NCBI GenBank assembly: GCA_028286905.1
Contig: JAQBQP010000002.1
Span: forward strand, 453,358 to 517,357
Direction: 5' to 3'
DNA: 64,000 nt
From: Candidatus Doudnabacteria bacterium
GTDB taxonomy: Bacteria > Patescibacteriota > Doudnabacteria > UBA920 > VMFF01
Positions 19,509-30,240 of this stretch are shown piece after piece. A program made the position numbers and the translations under genes. How positions within the stretch are numbered: the first letter of the stretch is position 1; every line of letters starts with the position of its first letter. The notes under the pieces were generated by a model, which saw only the letters and a list, made by a program, of their open reading frames with translations, had not been told where the DNA came from and made no database searches.

Positions 19509-20345
19509 CTATTTTAAGTACTTGGCCTTGTTTGCGTTCTGCTCATCCAAGGTCTTAGCATAAACGGCAGTGCCATCGGGCTTGCTTAAGAAATAAATAT
19601 AGTTTGATGGTAGGTAATGAACTACTGCCAAAATAGATGACAAGGAAGGGTTTCCAATCGGTCCAGGAGGCAGTCCTTTGTATTTATAAGTGTTATAAGG
19701 AGAATCAATTTGCAGCTGAGCCAAAGTGGCAGAGGGGCTCTTACTTTTAGTTATATAGCCGATCGTGGCATCGCTTTGAAGCGGCATGCCTCCTTTTAAG
19801 CGATTGATGAAAATACCGGCGACAGTTTCCCTTTCTGTTTGCAAAGTAGCTAAATCAGATGCCGAAACGGTGCTGGTATTACGGCCCACTTCCCTTTCAA
19901 CAATTGAAGCTAAAGTCAGTACCTCATAAACCGTTTTCTTTTGAGCATGAATATCTGAAACGATTTCAGGAGTTATTTTTGTAGAAGTATTAGCCAAAAT
20001 CTTATTAATTACATCCGCTGCGGTAGCGTCTTTTGCAAAAAAATAAGTGTCTGGAAATAAATAGCCTTCAAGGTTTTTTATTGGCACTTTTTCACCAAAA
20101 TAATCAAACGTTAAAGCTGATTGTGCTAATTGCTTATCAAAAGCATTTTTTGAAACAATGCCTTTTTGCGCTAAATCATCTGAAATGTTTTGATTAGTCC
20201 AACCTTCCACTGCCCGCCATTTAATTTGCACCGGCGCGGCCACAGGCGGCTTGCTGACTCGGGTAAAATGGTTATATACGCGCGGGCCTAAGCTAATAAC
20301 TCCAGCTAGAATTAGAATAAAAACCAAGAACTTAAATATCTTCAT
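19509..20345 (-). CDS. mltG: Endolytic transglycosylase MltG
   Basis: LEGYLFPDTY, LASIVERE, LQSDAT, SPYNTY..GLPPGPI.NP. Confidence 0.95.
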   Translation of the reverse strand: MKIFKFLVFILILAGVISLGPRVYNHFTRVSKPPVAAPVQIKWRAVEGWTNQNISDDLAQKGIVSKNAFDKQLAQSALTFDYFGEKVPIKNLEGYLFPDTYFFAKDATAADVINKILANTSTKITPEIVSDIHAQKKTVYEVLTLASIVEREVGRNTSTVSASDLATLQTERETVAGIFINRLKGGMPLQSDATIGYITKSKSPSATLAQLQIDSPYNTYKYKGLPPGPIGNPSLSSILAVVHYLPSNYIYFLSKPDGTAVYAKTLDEQNANKAKYLK

Positions 20346-20410
20346 AAATTAACTTTAGCACAAACAAAAAAATCCCGCCTGGCTCAAAAAGCCGGCGGGA
20401 TTTTTAAAAA

Positions 20411-21100
20411 CTATCTAGTAATATCTTTTTCGATCGCATCCAAGACCTTTTTAGCATGGTCTCTTCCACCTAAACCAAAAGCTAAACCACCAGCAATTGA
20501 TAGCATTGCTACAATTCCGATAAATAAGCTCTTGATAAATTCAGTGTCAATGCTCAACTGACCCATTGCAGTAAGAACTGCCATGATGATTATTGACCAA
20601 CGAGTAACAGCTGCTAGAGCGTTAGCGCTGCGCATCTGTCCTGCTTGCAAAGCTCCTTTAACCAAATCGGCTAAGAAGTTTGCAGCAATAATACCAATCA
20701 TTAACATTGCTACTGCTACGATAACGTTGCCAAAATATGGGAATATTCTGCCATACAAGAAAGCACTTACTTGGGTTAAGCCAAGAATTTCAGCGGCAGC
20801 AATAAAGACTCCAATCAAAACAAACCATTTAATCAGCCATTCGCCCAAACCAGAAATTGTTAATTTTCGGCCGGTACGTTGAGATAAAGTGTCCAAACCT
20901 AAACGATCTGCAAATTTATCAACCTTAAGAGATACTAAAATCTTCTTAACTAATTGACCCAAAAAGATCGCGATCAACCAACCTAATATCAAAAATATGA
21001 TTGCTGCGATAATGTTTGGTAGAAAACTTAAAACTTTAAACCATAGCGCTTGCAGTGAATCCACTACGCTGCTTTGGTAAGTTCCATTGTAATAATTCAT
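20411..21100 (-). CDS. Conserved TM-helix repeat protein (MscS/CmpX-like)
   Basis: FLPNIIAA, GLAFGLGGRD. Confidence 0.8.
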   Translation of the reverse strand: MNYYNGTYQSSVVDSLQALWFKVLSFLPNIIAAIIFLILGWLIAIFLGQLVKKILVSLKVDKFADRLGLDTLSQRTGRKLTISGLGEWLIKWFVLIGVFIAAAEILGLTQVSAFLYGRIFPYFGNVIVAVAMLMIGIIAANFLADLVKGALQAGQMRSANALAAVTRWSIIIMAVLTAMGQLSIDTEFIKSLFIGIVAMLSIAGGLAFGLGGRDHAKKVLDAIEKDITR

Positions 21101-21157
21101 TATATTTATATTTCTTAATTAATTTATTTTTTAATCCAAAACCGACCATTCGGATTG

Positions 21158-21598
21158 TTAATCACCCATTATTTGAATGATGTAATCGCGTTTGCGCGAT
21201 CCATCCATTTCAACAAAGAAAATACTCTGCTTTTCCCCAAGCATCAATTTTCCAGCATGTACGGGGATCGTTTCTGAAGAACCTAGCAAAAAGGCTTTAA
21301 TATGAGCGTGTCCGTTGCTTCGTTCGTTTACGGAAACATTCTCCCTAATCTCAAAAACATCATGGGCATACCCCACATTAACCGGAACCAGCCGATGTAA
21401 CATCTTCATAAAATCCTGAAGCAACAATGGTTCGTTATGATTTATTCGGATTGCTGCAGTGGTATGATTAGAAAAAATCAGCGCCATTCCGTTCTTTACT
21501 CCAGATTCTGCTAGCGTTTCTTTGACTGTATCTGAAATGTCAATCGGTTCAAATTGTTTATTGGTCTGAAGCTCTGCTTTTTTGGTATGTACTTTCAC
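21158..21598 (-). CDS. yjbQ: YjbQ/UPF0047 family protein
   Basis: HTTAAIRIN, NGHAHIKAFLLG, IFFVEMDG. Confidence 0.9.
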   Translation of the reverse strand: MKVHTKKAELQTNKQFEPIDISDTVKETLAESGVKNGMALIFSNHTTAAIRINHNEPLLLQDFMKMLHRLVPVNVGYAHDVFEIRENVSVNERSNGHAHIKAFLLGSSETIPVHAGKLMLGEKQSIFFVEMDGSRKRDYIIQIMGD

Positions 21599-21645
21599 TT
21601 TTTTGTTTCGAGATTTTAGTGCTTTTAACTAGTCTAATTATACCA

Positions 21646-21708
21646 CAACAAGGTCAGTCCTTCCACCCACACCTCCTATCGGGAGGAACGGGTGCGAGGG
21701 CAAACCTT
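21646..21708 (+). repeat. REP-like intergenic hairpin, copy 1
   Basis: ACAACAAGGTCAGTCCTTCCACCC...GGGTGCGAGGGCAAACCTT; inverted homolog at 54065-54128. Confidence 0.75.
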
Positions 21709-21834
21709 TTTTGCTAAAACGTTTTGCCAAAAATAAAACCACCGGGCATATGAACCGGTGGCTTATTTTGTTTCTACTTATTGCTACTAAGCATTTTACT
21801 GCTTTTAGGCAATCGCTTACGCTAGAGCTATCAA

Positions 21835-22119
21835 TTAAAGGATAGCGTCTTTTGCAGCCTTTGAGACCCTGAACTTTACGACAGTCTTGGCAGGAATGCT
21901 GATAGATTCGCCAGTAGCAGGATTGCGACCCATGCGAGCTGCACGAGCTTTCTTTTGCAATTTGCCTAGACCAGGAACAGTGAACTCACCATTCTTTTTA
22001 GCTTCGCTATAAGCTAGGTCGACGATCATCTCAAGCATTTCAGACACTTCCTTACGGGTTTTGCCGGACTTTTCTGCCAACGTCTGCAACAGTTGGGATT
22101 TATTCATTGGTTTTGCCAT
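21835..22119 (-). CDS. hup: HU family DNA-binding protein
   Basis: MNKSQL, ARMGRNPATGE, VKFRVSK. Confidence 0.95.
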   Translation of the reverse strand: MAKPMNKSQLLQTLAEKSGKTRKEVSEMLEMIVDLAYSEAKKNGEFTVPGLGKLQKKARAARMGRNPATGESISIPAKTVVKFRVSKAAKDAIL

Positions 22120-22217
22120 ATTTAGATTTTTAATTATCTCCTAAGAAGTATAGCATAGATGTCAAAATATGCTAATAAAACCGAGTGTTTCTGAGAACCT
22201 GTCAACTCCTTAGTGTA

Positions 22218-22673
22218 CTATTGAATACCGCCAGGGCTTAAAGTATGCAAGCCAGAGGCAAAGTTTTCAACGCTTTGACCAAGACAAAAAGTATAGGTAA
22301 ACGTTGGGAAAACATTAGTTGTATTATCTTTTGGACTTAGGAAACTGCTTCCACCATTGGCATATGTATAGGTATTTTGAGGATCGCTACAAGACCCGTC
22401 GGCAGGCATCGGAGCTGTAGGCAATGCACCAATATAACTAGGAGATAAATCGGTGTCGGCGTTAGGATATCCACCCCATTCATTATTATATTCTTCCATT
22501 GCAGTACTAATTTGGTGTACATCGGCCAAACGCTTAGCATCACGGGCTTTAACCCTAGCGATGTTAAGAGCTAGCAAAACCACACCAGCTAACAAACCAA
22601 TAATTGCGATTACAACTAACAATTCAATCAAAGTAAAACCTTGGTTGCTATGTTTTTTTTGCACTTTTTGCAT
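22218..22673 (-). CDS. Type IV pilin-like protein
   Basis: [19 protein letters not shown]-methylation motif, ARDAKRLAD. Confidence 0.93.
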   Translation of the reverse strand: MQKVQKKHSNQGFTLIELLVVIAIIGLLAGVVLLALNIARVKARDAKRLADVHQISTAMEEYNNEWGGYPNADTDLSPSYIGALPTAPMPADGSCSDPQNTYTYANGGSSFLSPKDNTTNVFPTFTYTFCLGQSVENFASGLHTLSPGGIQ

Positions 22674-22790
22674 TTTGTTTCAAAATTTATGAATATTTTT
22701 AGATGAAACCACTAGACCTTATAATTTTATAACGAAATTGCAGTTATAACAAGGAGCAATAAAACCACCTCATAATTGAAGTGGTTTTAT

Positions 22791-22973
22791 TTATCTCTTT
22801 TTCTTTGGCACCTTCGCACCTGCCTGGCGTGCTTCAGACAAGCCAATTGCGATTGCCTGTTTGCGGCTCTTCACTTTTTTATTACTTTTACCGCTTTTTA
22901 AATCCCCAGCTTTATACTCTTCCATAACCTTTTTTACTTTGGTTTGAGCTTTTTTTGAATACTTTCTAGGCAT
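22791..22973 (-). CDS. Small basic DUF6496-like protein
   Basis: KVMEEYKAG.LKSG...SRKQAIAIGLSEAR. Confidence 0.85.
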   Translation of the reverse strand: MPRKYSKKAQTKVKKVMEEYKAGDLKSGKSNKKVKSRKQAIAIGLSEARQAGAKVPKKKR

Positions 22974-23006
22974 ATAGTTCCCTTTCTATACCCGCTGCTA
23001 AAATTA

Positions 23007-23684
23007 TTAGTTTATAAACTTAAAATAATTTGTATAAGGTCTTAAAGCGTTGCTGCCGCGCAAGTAATAAACATTGTTTCCGTATGCTAAAGCAATTACC
23101 TTAGAACCGCCGAACCTTTGATCGTTAAATATTAGTGCTGGCTGACCATTAATAGTAATTTGCTGAATGTTCGAAACATTTTTGTTCGCAGAAATTTCAT
23201 TACTCAAAGATTCAAAAGACTGTTCTGCATCGGAAATAACTTCAATCTGCCCAAATTCGGTTCCGCCTGGATTATAAAAGGCTAAAACGTTCCCAGCTGC
23301 GGTTTCTAAGCGAGGCTGTAAATTACTTGGCACGCTGATAGAAAAATTAAGCTCAGCAATTTGATAGTTACTAAGTCCTGTAGGAGCTGAAGTTACTGGC
23401 TTTGGGACAGGGGCTGACACTGGAGTTTTCACGACCGGCTTTTCAGTTGCACCAAGCACCGCACCGCTTGAAGGCTGAGTATTAGTAGGCGCCGGAGTAG
23501 ATACTACCGGACTTTGAACTGGAGCAGTGGAAACATTGGTATTGTTGGAATTATCTGCAGGATTTGGATTTAAAATACCGTACTGTTGAATCGGAGTGGT
23601 TCCAGATTTATGCGCGCTATAAATAAAAAAGATGCCTCCTCCTAAAACCAAAAGCAGTAGTACTACATATACAATTTTTTTCAT
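23007..23684 (-). CDS. Membrane-anchored protein with Pro/Thr linker
   Basis: N-terminal TM, P/T/S-rich linker, PsbP-like C-terminus. Confidence 0.7.
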   Translation of the reverse strand: MKKIVYVVLLLLVLGGGIFFIYSAHKSGTTPIQQYGILNPNPADNSNNTNVSTAPVQSPVVSTPAPTNTQPSSGAVLGATEKPVVKTPVSAPVPKPVTSAPTGLSNYQIAELNFSISVPSNLQPRLETAAGNVLAFYNPGGTEFGQIEVISDAEQSFESLSNEISANKNVSNIQQITINGQPALIFNDQRFGGSKVIALAYGNNVYYLRGSNALRPYTNYFKFIN

Positions 23685-23757
23685 ACGGATCTAATAGATT
23701 ATTCCTAAATTATAATGGTTCTGTATCGATTGAAAATTATAGCATTTAACCAATAAA

Positions 23758-24117
23758 TTAGCTAATAACATTAGCTTTTTTGAACCTAACGGAGAATAAT
23801 GGCTCATATTCGTTATTATCTTGGTCGACTACTTTGACGGTTTCGCCTTTCATTAGAGTAGAAAGGGCTAGGTCGCTAAGCATCTCACGATCTTGTTTTA
23901 GATCTAATTTTGTAGTTTCAAATTTATCTCTGCTACCCGCTTCTTCCCAAGCGATACCTTCTAACTGTTTTTTACGAGCACGAAGCTGCTCTAATTTTTC
24001 GGCAATTTCACGATACTCCCCGGAAGATTCTAGAGCATCTTTATATAATAACTTAATACTTCGGGTTTCTTTTTTGCTTTCCTGAATTCTATTAAATACG
24101 TCCTGAATATTTTGCAT
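23758..24117 (-). CDS. Conserved coiled-coil hypothetical protein
   Basis: ORF track; YEP.FSVRFKK ending. Confidence 0.7.
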   Translation of the reverse strand: MQNIQDVFNRIQESKKETRSIKLLYKDALESSGEYREIAEKLEQLRARKKQLEGIAWEEAGSRDKFETTKLDLKQDREMLSDLALSTLMKGETVKVVDQDNNEYEPLFSVRFKKANVIS

Positions 24118-24139
24118 TACAAGTTTTATTTTTAATTAT

Positions 24140-24676
24140 TTAGTTATTAACCTTTGTATTATCTCCAATTGGATCACTTAACGCAAATTTCATAGCGGCA
24201 ATACCGCCCGCAACAATTAGAATTAAACCAATCCAAAATAAAAAGGCTGCGATTTGATCAGTATATTTCAAGGCATTCAAATCACTCAAAATCCAATGCC
24301 AATCATGAATTGAGGTTTCCCCTCCTAACAATGGCAGTTCCATTCTTACCGAGTCCCCGGCGTAGACTGAAACATTTATAAAATTCTGACCGACCCATAA
24401 TAACAATAAAGCCGCAGAGTAAAATTCTTTGCGGATCCAAAAATAAAAAACAAAAATCGTTGGCAGCAAACACTGCATCAAACTACCGCCTAAAACATAA
24501 ATAAACATTCCGAACGGCATAAACACAATATGGCCGCCTTCATGAATTAATAAGTTTACGTTATCGATAAAATGCCAGTTATCGCCGGAAGCATTATTAA
24601 ATGCGCTGGAAGCGTAATAAAGAAAATAACTCAGTGCTAAGGCCGCGAAAATCGCTTTGTAATATTGTTTATTCAT
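24140..24676 (-). CDS. Membrane protein with HExxH (M50-like)
   Basis: NLLIHEGGH, LGGSLMQ, HDW. Confidence 0.75.
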   Translation of the reverse strand: MNKQYYKAIFAALALSYFLYYASSAFNNASGDNWHFIDNVNLLIHEGGHIVFMPFGMFIYVLGGSLMQCLLPTIFVFYFWIRKEFYSAALLLLWVGQNFINVSVYAGDSVRMELPLLGGETSIHDWHWILSDLNALKYTDQIAAFLFWIGLILIVAGGIAAMKFALSDPIGDNTKVNN

Positions 24677-24693
24677 CTTAGAATTTGAAGCTT

Positions 24694-25935
24694 TTAATCG
24701 GTATAAATTTTTATTTTGCCTTTTTGAATAATACTACTAACTACCAGAAAGCTTAAGCCGCTTAAAAACACTAAGCCGGTTACCAGCTCTAAACCAAATC
24801 GCAAGCCAGCATGCGAACCAAATAGCGGTGAATTGGTTAGGTCGGAGATTTTTCCCACTACTGCTGGAGCAGGAGTGTCCCCTAGTAGATGGATGATCAA
24901 AACATAAACAGCAAAAGCGCTAGCACGCATGTGTTTGGGCACAACGTCGTGAATTACCGCTGTAGCAGGACCATGATAAAAACTTAACAATACGGTGCCG
25001 CTAAAAAATAAGAACAGGAAAAGGAATTTCGAATGATCGTCGTGTACTCCAAAATACATCAAGGGCGCTGCTAATATTAAAGAAAAAGCAATCGTTAAAC
25101 TGCGTCCCCAGGCGATGCTCCGTTGCAAATAATCTGCAATATAGCTGCCCAGAAAAACTCCTATGACTCCAGCGAGCATCATCGTTACACCCAGTATTAT
25201 ACTGGCTTGTTGCAAATTATAACCTTTATATCTTCGAACAAACTCGACGCCCCAGGAAACATAAGCACCTACCGCAAAGGTTACCAAAGTTCCGCTAATA
25301 ATGATCCAAACAAAAGCCGGATTTTTAAATAGCTGCCAGAGCGGAATAGTCTCTTCTTCGTGAACTACAATTTTTTCTTTAAGTTTCGTACTTAACCACG
25401 CCAAAAAGAATCCTGGAATCGAAACTAAGAAGAACGCATAGCGCCAGCTAAAATGATATGCGATAATTCCGCCAATCATCGCACCGAGCGTGCCACCCAC
25501 AAACATTCCAATATTAAAATAGCCTTGGGCTTCAGCTCGATTTTCAGACGGAAAATTATCTGAAATCATCGCAGTAGCTGCAGGTGCATAGCTAGCTTCA
25601 CCTATTCCAACCATTGAACGAATGCCAAGCAAAGCGCTAAAATTCGGAGCTAAACCAGAGAGAAAAGATGTAATGCTCCAAAATGTTACTCCGGATGCAA
25701 TCAGTTTTTTTCGAGAATACTTATCTGCTAGCAGTCCCAATGGCACGCTTGCCAAGGAGTGCACCAACATGAAAACAGTTCCCAATAAGCCCAGCTGGGT
25801 GTCAGTGACATGAAATTCATTTTGGATACTATGAAATAAAGGAAAAATGACCTGACGATCAATATAATTAAAAAAGTTTATAAAAGCTAAAACCCATAAT
25901 ATAAACTTCTGATCACGTGTGAGATTTTTTATCAT
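24694..25935 (-). CDS. MFS transporter, spinster-like
   Basis: NYIDRQ, GLLADKYSRK, RSMVGIGEASY. Confidence 0.9.
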   Translation of the reverse strand: MIKNLTRDQKFILWVLAFINFFNYIDRQVIFPLFHSIQNEFHVTDTQLGLLGTVFMLVHSLASVPLGLLADKYSRKKLIASGVTFWSITSFLSGLAPNFSALLGIRSMVGIGEASYAPAATAMISDNFPSENRAEAQGYFNIGMFVGGTLGAMIGGIIAYHFSWRYAFFLVSIPGFFLAWLSTKLKEKIVVHEEETIPLWQLFKNPAFVWIIISGTLVTFAVGAYVSWGVEFVRRYKGYNLQQASIILGVTMMLAGVIGVFLGSYIADYLQRSIAWGRSLTIAFSLILAAPLMYFGVHDDHSKFLFLFLFFSGTVLLSFYHGPATAVIHDVVPKHMRASAFAVYVLIIHLLGDTPAPAVVGKISDLTNSPLFGSHAGLRFGLELVTGLVFLSGLSFLVVSSIIQKGKIKIYTD

Positions 25936-25960
25936 TACTTACAAAGTGTAGCAAATAAGC

Positions 25961-26446
25961 TTACTTTGTTGTAGTTGCGTAAATTAAATGGTTGGTTAAA
26001 TCTTGAGCATCTTTTTGGCTTAAGCCAAGCTGCTGCTTAATTTGATCTGCACTTACAGCTTTATGCAATATTCCTTTTAGGTTTATTTTTGCGCCAACTT
26101 TTGGACTTAACTTAATATCTGGAGAAAAAACATAGAGCATCAAAACATTTTTAGAATCTGTGCTAACAATAAAAACTTTATCCGATATCACTTTAGTGAT
26201 TACCAATCCGTTAATCTCAAATGGACGGTCCTGAAGATTATCAATATTTGCAGTATGGTAAATGCCGTCAAAAGTTGTCAGCACTGAAGTTTCTTTAACA
26301 AAAACAGGTTCGGTGCTTGGTTTAATAACATTCGTACTACTATCTTTACCATGTTTGGTAACGACGATTCCCGTGACAATTACAATAATTACAATCACAG
26401 CTATGATTATTATTTTATTTCTAGTCATTTCTGAAGGCTTATTCAT
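25961..26446 (-). CDS. Hypothetical membrane-anchored protein
   Basis: N-terminal TM; ORF track. Confidence 0.6.
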   Translation of the reverse strand: MNKPSEMTRNKIIIIAVIVIIVIVTGIVVTKHGKDSSTNVIKPSTEPVFVKETSVLTTFDGIYHTANIDNLQDRPFEINGLVITKVISDKVFIVSTDSKNVLMLYVFSPDIKLSPKVGAKINLKGILHKAVSADQIKQQLGLSQKDAQDLTNHLIYATTTK

Positions 26447-26452
26447 AATGTT

Positions 26453-27103
26453 TTATTTAATTAATTCTTGATAATCTAACCAGCTTGCAAGCTCATTTTT
26501 ATTTTGGACATAACCGCGATATTCAATCGCAGTGCCCTTATGGATACTAAGGTGCAAATGTTTTCTTTCACCATCGGTATCGTGGCTTTGCGCTGCCCCA
26601 AGAATTGCTATTTTATCACCTTTCTTTTCTATAGTGCCAATTTTTGGCAGCGAACCTAGGTTTAAGTGGCCATAAAGCACGGTTACATCCGCGCCTGAAA
26701 TAACACACTTTTGGATGATAACTCCGCCGTAGCCATTTACAAAACCCGATACCACTATTTTACCATCACAAATTGCTGAAATTGGAACAGCTAAATCCTT
26801 TTCGGCAGCTGTTGTTTCAAAATCCACACCGGTGTGATAACCGGTGAATTTTTCCGGCTGGACCGGTGAATTTTTCGGTGTAACATAGGTTCCAAAAAAT
26901 TTCTTTGTAATCCTGGTGTTGGCATTAGATATCGGCTCCGCTAATACAGTTATAGCAGTTGGAATGACTGGAGTAGTTGTTGGTGGAGTGCTAAGGGTCG
27001 GCTTGGCAGGGTTGGTTGGAACAGAAGTATTTACTGAGATAGCCTTAGTTGAACCGCAGCCGACAGCCAAAAATAAGCATCCACAAATTAAATATTTCTT
27101 CAT
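26453..27103 (-). CDS. M23 family peptidase lipoprotein
   Basis: Lipobox LAVGC, HTGVD, YGHL, HLH; start 27103. Confidence 0.9.
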   Translation of the reverse strand: MKKYLICGCLFLAVGCGSTKAISVNTSVPTNPAKPTLSTPPTTTPVIPTAITVLAEPISNANTRITKKFFGTYVTPKNSPVQPEKFTGYHTGVDFETTAAEKDLAVPISAICDGKIVVSGFVNGYGGVIIQKCVISGADVTVLYGHLNLGSLPKIGTIEKKGDKIAILGAAQSHDTDGERKHLHLSIHKGTAIEYRGYVQNKNELASWLDYQELIK

Positions 27104-27122
27104 ATTGGAAGTATATAGGTTT

Positions 27123-27791
27123 TTAACCAAAAAGGTTAGCAATTTCTTGCGCACTTTTATTAAAGTTTCCCAGATTCTTATTGTAGCTTTCAATAAAAGT
27201 TAAAAGGTCTCTTTTCTCGGTGATAAAAATGCTTTCCGATTCACGAGGACCATTTAACAGTTTTCCACGGGATAAGGCCAAAATTCCAAACACCCAAATG
27301 TTTAGACCAAGGCGCTTTTGGATGTACCGGCGTAATTGCTGTGCTTCATAATTTGTCTGACGAACAAATCGATTTATTCTTGGGTCTTTGTAGCTAAACC
27401 GTCCGCGATGGCTTTTAACTTCAACTGCAAAGACTCCGTTCGGGCCGATTACAACATAATCAATATCTCCAACCCCTTCGATTTTTAAATTGTGCAAAAC
27501 AATGTAGTCATCAGATAATTTTTTAAGTTCTCGTCCGATAGCTTGTTCTCCGACAATGCCGAAAGCATATAAATCTGATTTGATTAAAAATATTTTTGAT
27601 AGCTTATAAAAAATTACGATTAAAATAATCATCATTAAATATAAGAAATATAAAGAATCTGGAGTTCCAGAAAGGTAAATTGAAATCCATTTTATTCCGC
27701 CGATCACCGCCAACAGGCATAATAAAAACAAGGAAGTATATAACAATTCCTTGCCTCTTAGATAACTGCTTTTATTATAAAATTTTGCCAT
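27123..27791 (-). CDS. NERD nuclease-related domain membrane protein
   Basis: GIVGE, GDIDYVVIGPNGVFAVEVK. Confidence 0.85.
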   Translation of the reverse strand: MAKFYNKSSYLRGKELLYTSLFLLCLLAVIGGIKWISIYLSGTPDSLYFLYLMMIILIVIFYKLSKIFLIKSDLYAFGIVGEQAIGRELKKLSDDYIVLHNLKIEGVGDIDYVVIGPNGVFAVEVKSHRGRFSYKDPRINRFVRQTNYEAQQLRRYIQKRLGLNIWVFGILALSRGKLLNGPRESESIFITEKRDLLTFIESYNKNLGNFNKSAQEIANLFG

Positions 27792-27809
27792 CGATTATTT
27801 ACACTAAAA

Positions 27810-29111
27810 CTAAAGGAAGAACGAAGCAATTGCAGCAATACCTGAAACGGTCATTAACGCTACGGTTAGCCACCCAATCCAGCGGACAAACTTATGATTC
27901 TCATTACCTTGCATTATTTCTTTGCTACTGCTCATTTTCACGATCAAAACTAAAATTATTGGCGCAACAACGCCATTAGCCACTGCCGAATAAATTAAAG
28001 CCTTAATCGGATCTAATCCGATAAAATTCATTAGAATTCCAAATACCATCGACACCACAATTACTCCGTAAAAAGCATAGGCTTCTTTTAACTTTCGATA
28101 GAGGCCATGCTTCCATCCAAAACTTTCAGATAGAGCGTACGATGTTGAACCTGCTAAAACTGGAATTGCCAACATACCGGTGCCAATTATGCCGACTGCA
28201 AAAAGCCAAAAAGCCGCGTTGCCTCCAAATGGACGCAAAGCCATTGCAGCGTCCGACGCAGTAGCGATATTGGTTATGCCATGGGCGTACAACGTCCCAG
28301 CACAGGCCGCAATAATAAAAAACATTACAACATTTGAAAAAAACATTCCTGACCAAACATCAGCTTTTAGATCACTAAGCTGTGCAGATGAAACAGGTTG
28401 ATGCCAAGTATCCTCTTCTTTACCTTGTAGGTTTTGTTCTTCTACTTCCTGAGAAGTTTGCCAAAAAAATAAATAAGGCGAGATAGTAGTGCCTAAAATT
28501 CCGCAAATGATTAACAACTCATTCTTATTAAAGTGGATCGAAGGAATAACACTGTGAATAAAAACTTCCCTCCAATTCAAGCCGCTTAAAAGCGCGGAAA
28601 TAATATAAGCGAACAAAACCAAGGCCAAATATTTTAAATACCTTGCGTAAACAACGTATGATGTAAAAATTTGCAACAGCAAACTTAGAGCGGCAAAGAA
28701 TATTACTAAACCAGCAAAATTAATTTGCGGGTTTAAAAGTTGGGCGCCCTTGGCCATTGCCCCAAGGTCTGCGCCAATGTTAAAAGTATTAGCTGCAAAA
28801 AGTAGTGCAGTAGTTAGATACAAGACCGGTTTAGAATAGTTGTGCCTGATGTTCGCTGCCAATCCTCTGCCAGTAACAACTCCGATTCGGGCACACATTT
28901 CCTGAATAACACCCATTAAAGGAAGGGTGAACCATGCTAACCATAATAACCGATAGCCATAGCGGGCACCGGTTTGTGAATATGTTGCTATTCCAGAAGG
29001 GTCATCGTCTGAAGCGCCAGTTGTTAAGCCAGGGCCAAGCTTATGCCAGTATTGTTCCGCTCTTTTTAAAGGAACTTCGATTTCTGTTTCGAAGTTTTTT
29101 TTCTGTTGCAT
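27810..29111 (-). CDS. NRAMP family divalent metal transporter
   Basis: GPGLTTGASDDDPSGIATY, GTTISPYLFFWQ. Confidence 0.92.
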   Translation of the reverse strand: MQQKKNFETEIEVPLKRAEQYWHKLGPGLTTGASDDDPSGIATYSQTGARYGYRLLWLAWFTLPLMGVIQEMCARIGVVTGRGLAANIRHNYSKPVLYLTTALLFAANTFNIGADLGAMAKGAQLLNPQINFAGLVIFFAALSLLLQIFTSYVVYARYLKYLALVLFAYIISALLSGLNWREVFIHSVIPSIHFNKNELLIICGILGTTISPYLFFWQTSQEVEEQNLQGKEEDTWHQPVSSAQLSDLKADVWSGMFFSNVVMFFIIAACAGTLYAHGITNIATASDAAMALRPFGGNAAFWLFAVGIIGTGMLAIPVLAGSTSYALSESFGWKHGLYRKLKEAYAFYGVIVVSMVFGILMNFIGLDPIKALIYSAVANGVVAPIILVLIVKMSSSKEIMQGNENHKFVRWIGWLTVALMTVSGIAAIASFFL

Positions 29112-29150
29112 AACTAAATTATAGCAATTAACGCTTGTAATTAAAATCTA

Positions 29151-29552
29151 TCAGGCTGTTTCCGAATGTTCTTTTTTCAAAAGCAAACAAGCAGAATTTA
29201 TACAAAAGCGCTTGCCAGTGCTTTCAGGACCATCATCAAAAACATGGCCTAAATGCGCGCCGCAACGTGAACACGTAACTTCGGTACGATTCATATCAAA
29301 TGCATGATCATGCTGCATTTTTACACTTCCAGGAATGGCTTGGTCAAAGCTTGGCCAGCCGGTACCAGATTCAAACTTAGCATCCGATTCAAAAAGTTGC
29401 TGACCACAAGCGGCACAACTATACATTCCTTTATCCTTAGTATGGACGTATTCTCCTGTAAAAGGTGCTTCGGTCCCTTTTTCTCTCATTATGTGATATT
29501 GTTCAGGAGTTAACTCTTTCTTCCAATCTTGATCAGTTTTTTGATTTTGCAT
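29151..29552 (-). CDS. msrB: Peptide-methionine (R)-S-oxide reductase
   Basis: [27 protein letters not shown]. Confidence 0.97.
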   Translation of the reverse strand: MQNQKTDQDWKKELTPEQYHIMREKGTEAPFTGEYVHTKDKGMYSCAACGQQLFESDAKFESGTGWPSFDQAIPGSVKMQHDHAFDMNRTEVTCSRCGAHLGHVFDDGPESTGKRFCINSACLLLKKEHSETA

Positions 29553-29573
29553 TAGATCTCCTTAAAATTACTT

Positions 29574-29804
29574 TTAAGCGCTTTGGTTTTCCTGAACAAC
29601 AGCGAACCATTTCTTTTCAATTTCATCACGCTTTGCTTTTAGCTGCTGCAGAGCTTCTGCATCTTCCTTACGATGAAAGAATTTTGTTGCTTCCTGATAA
29701 GTTCCGGCGGTAGTTTCGGTGAAGAACTCTTTTAGCAGATCGTGGTAATCGTGCATTACCTTTTTATACTCTTCGGTCAATTTAATATATTCTAAATTTT
29801 CCAT
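29574..29804 (-). CDS. Small hypothetical protein
   Basis: ORF track; co-oriented with msrB. Confidence 0.6.
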   Translation of the reverse strand: MENLEYIKLTEEYKKVMHDYHDLLKEFFTETTAGTYQEATKFFHRKEDAEALQQLKAKRDEIEKKWFAVVQENQSA

Positions 29805-29907
29805 AAGGTTTATACTTTTAATACCTTAATTATACCAGAATACTGTTAAAATCCACAATTGTTAATTTAATTTACTAGCTTATGCTTAACTAAAGGAATA
29901 CAAATAT

Positions 29908-30222
29908 ATGGGCCAAACTAATGGAGTAAACACACCGTTTTATGATAAAGATCTGCCAGGGACAACATCAGAAGACAACAGACAATTAAAAAACGCCGAA
30001 GATTTTATGGATTCTGAAGGCATTTTTACTAATGATAAAATTAATCAACTAGAACATGATGCCAGCGAAGGCTCTTTAGAAGCCTTAGAAGAGCTTTTGG
30101 AGATGGCGGATAAATACGGCATTTCCGCTGACAATACTTCTGATATTAGTTCAGTAGTCCAGCAACTGATTATGTTCAGAGATAATCAAGATGCTCCAAA
30201 CACCTTTAATGGCACTGAATAG
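29908..30222 (+). CDS. Acidic hypothetical protein
   Basis: AAGGA RBS; ORF track. Confidence 0.6.
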   Translation: MGQTNGVNTPFYDKDLPGTTSEDNRQLKNAEDFMDSEGIFTNDKINQLEHDASEGSLEALEELLEMADKYGISADNTSDISSVVQQLIMFRDNQDAPNTFNGTE

Positions 30223-30240
30223 ACGTGCTAGAATAAAACC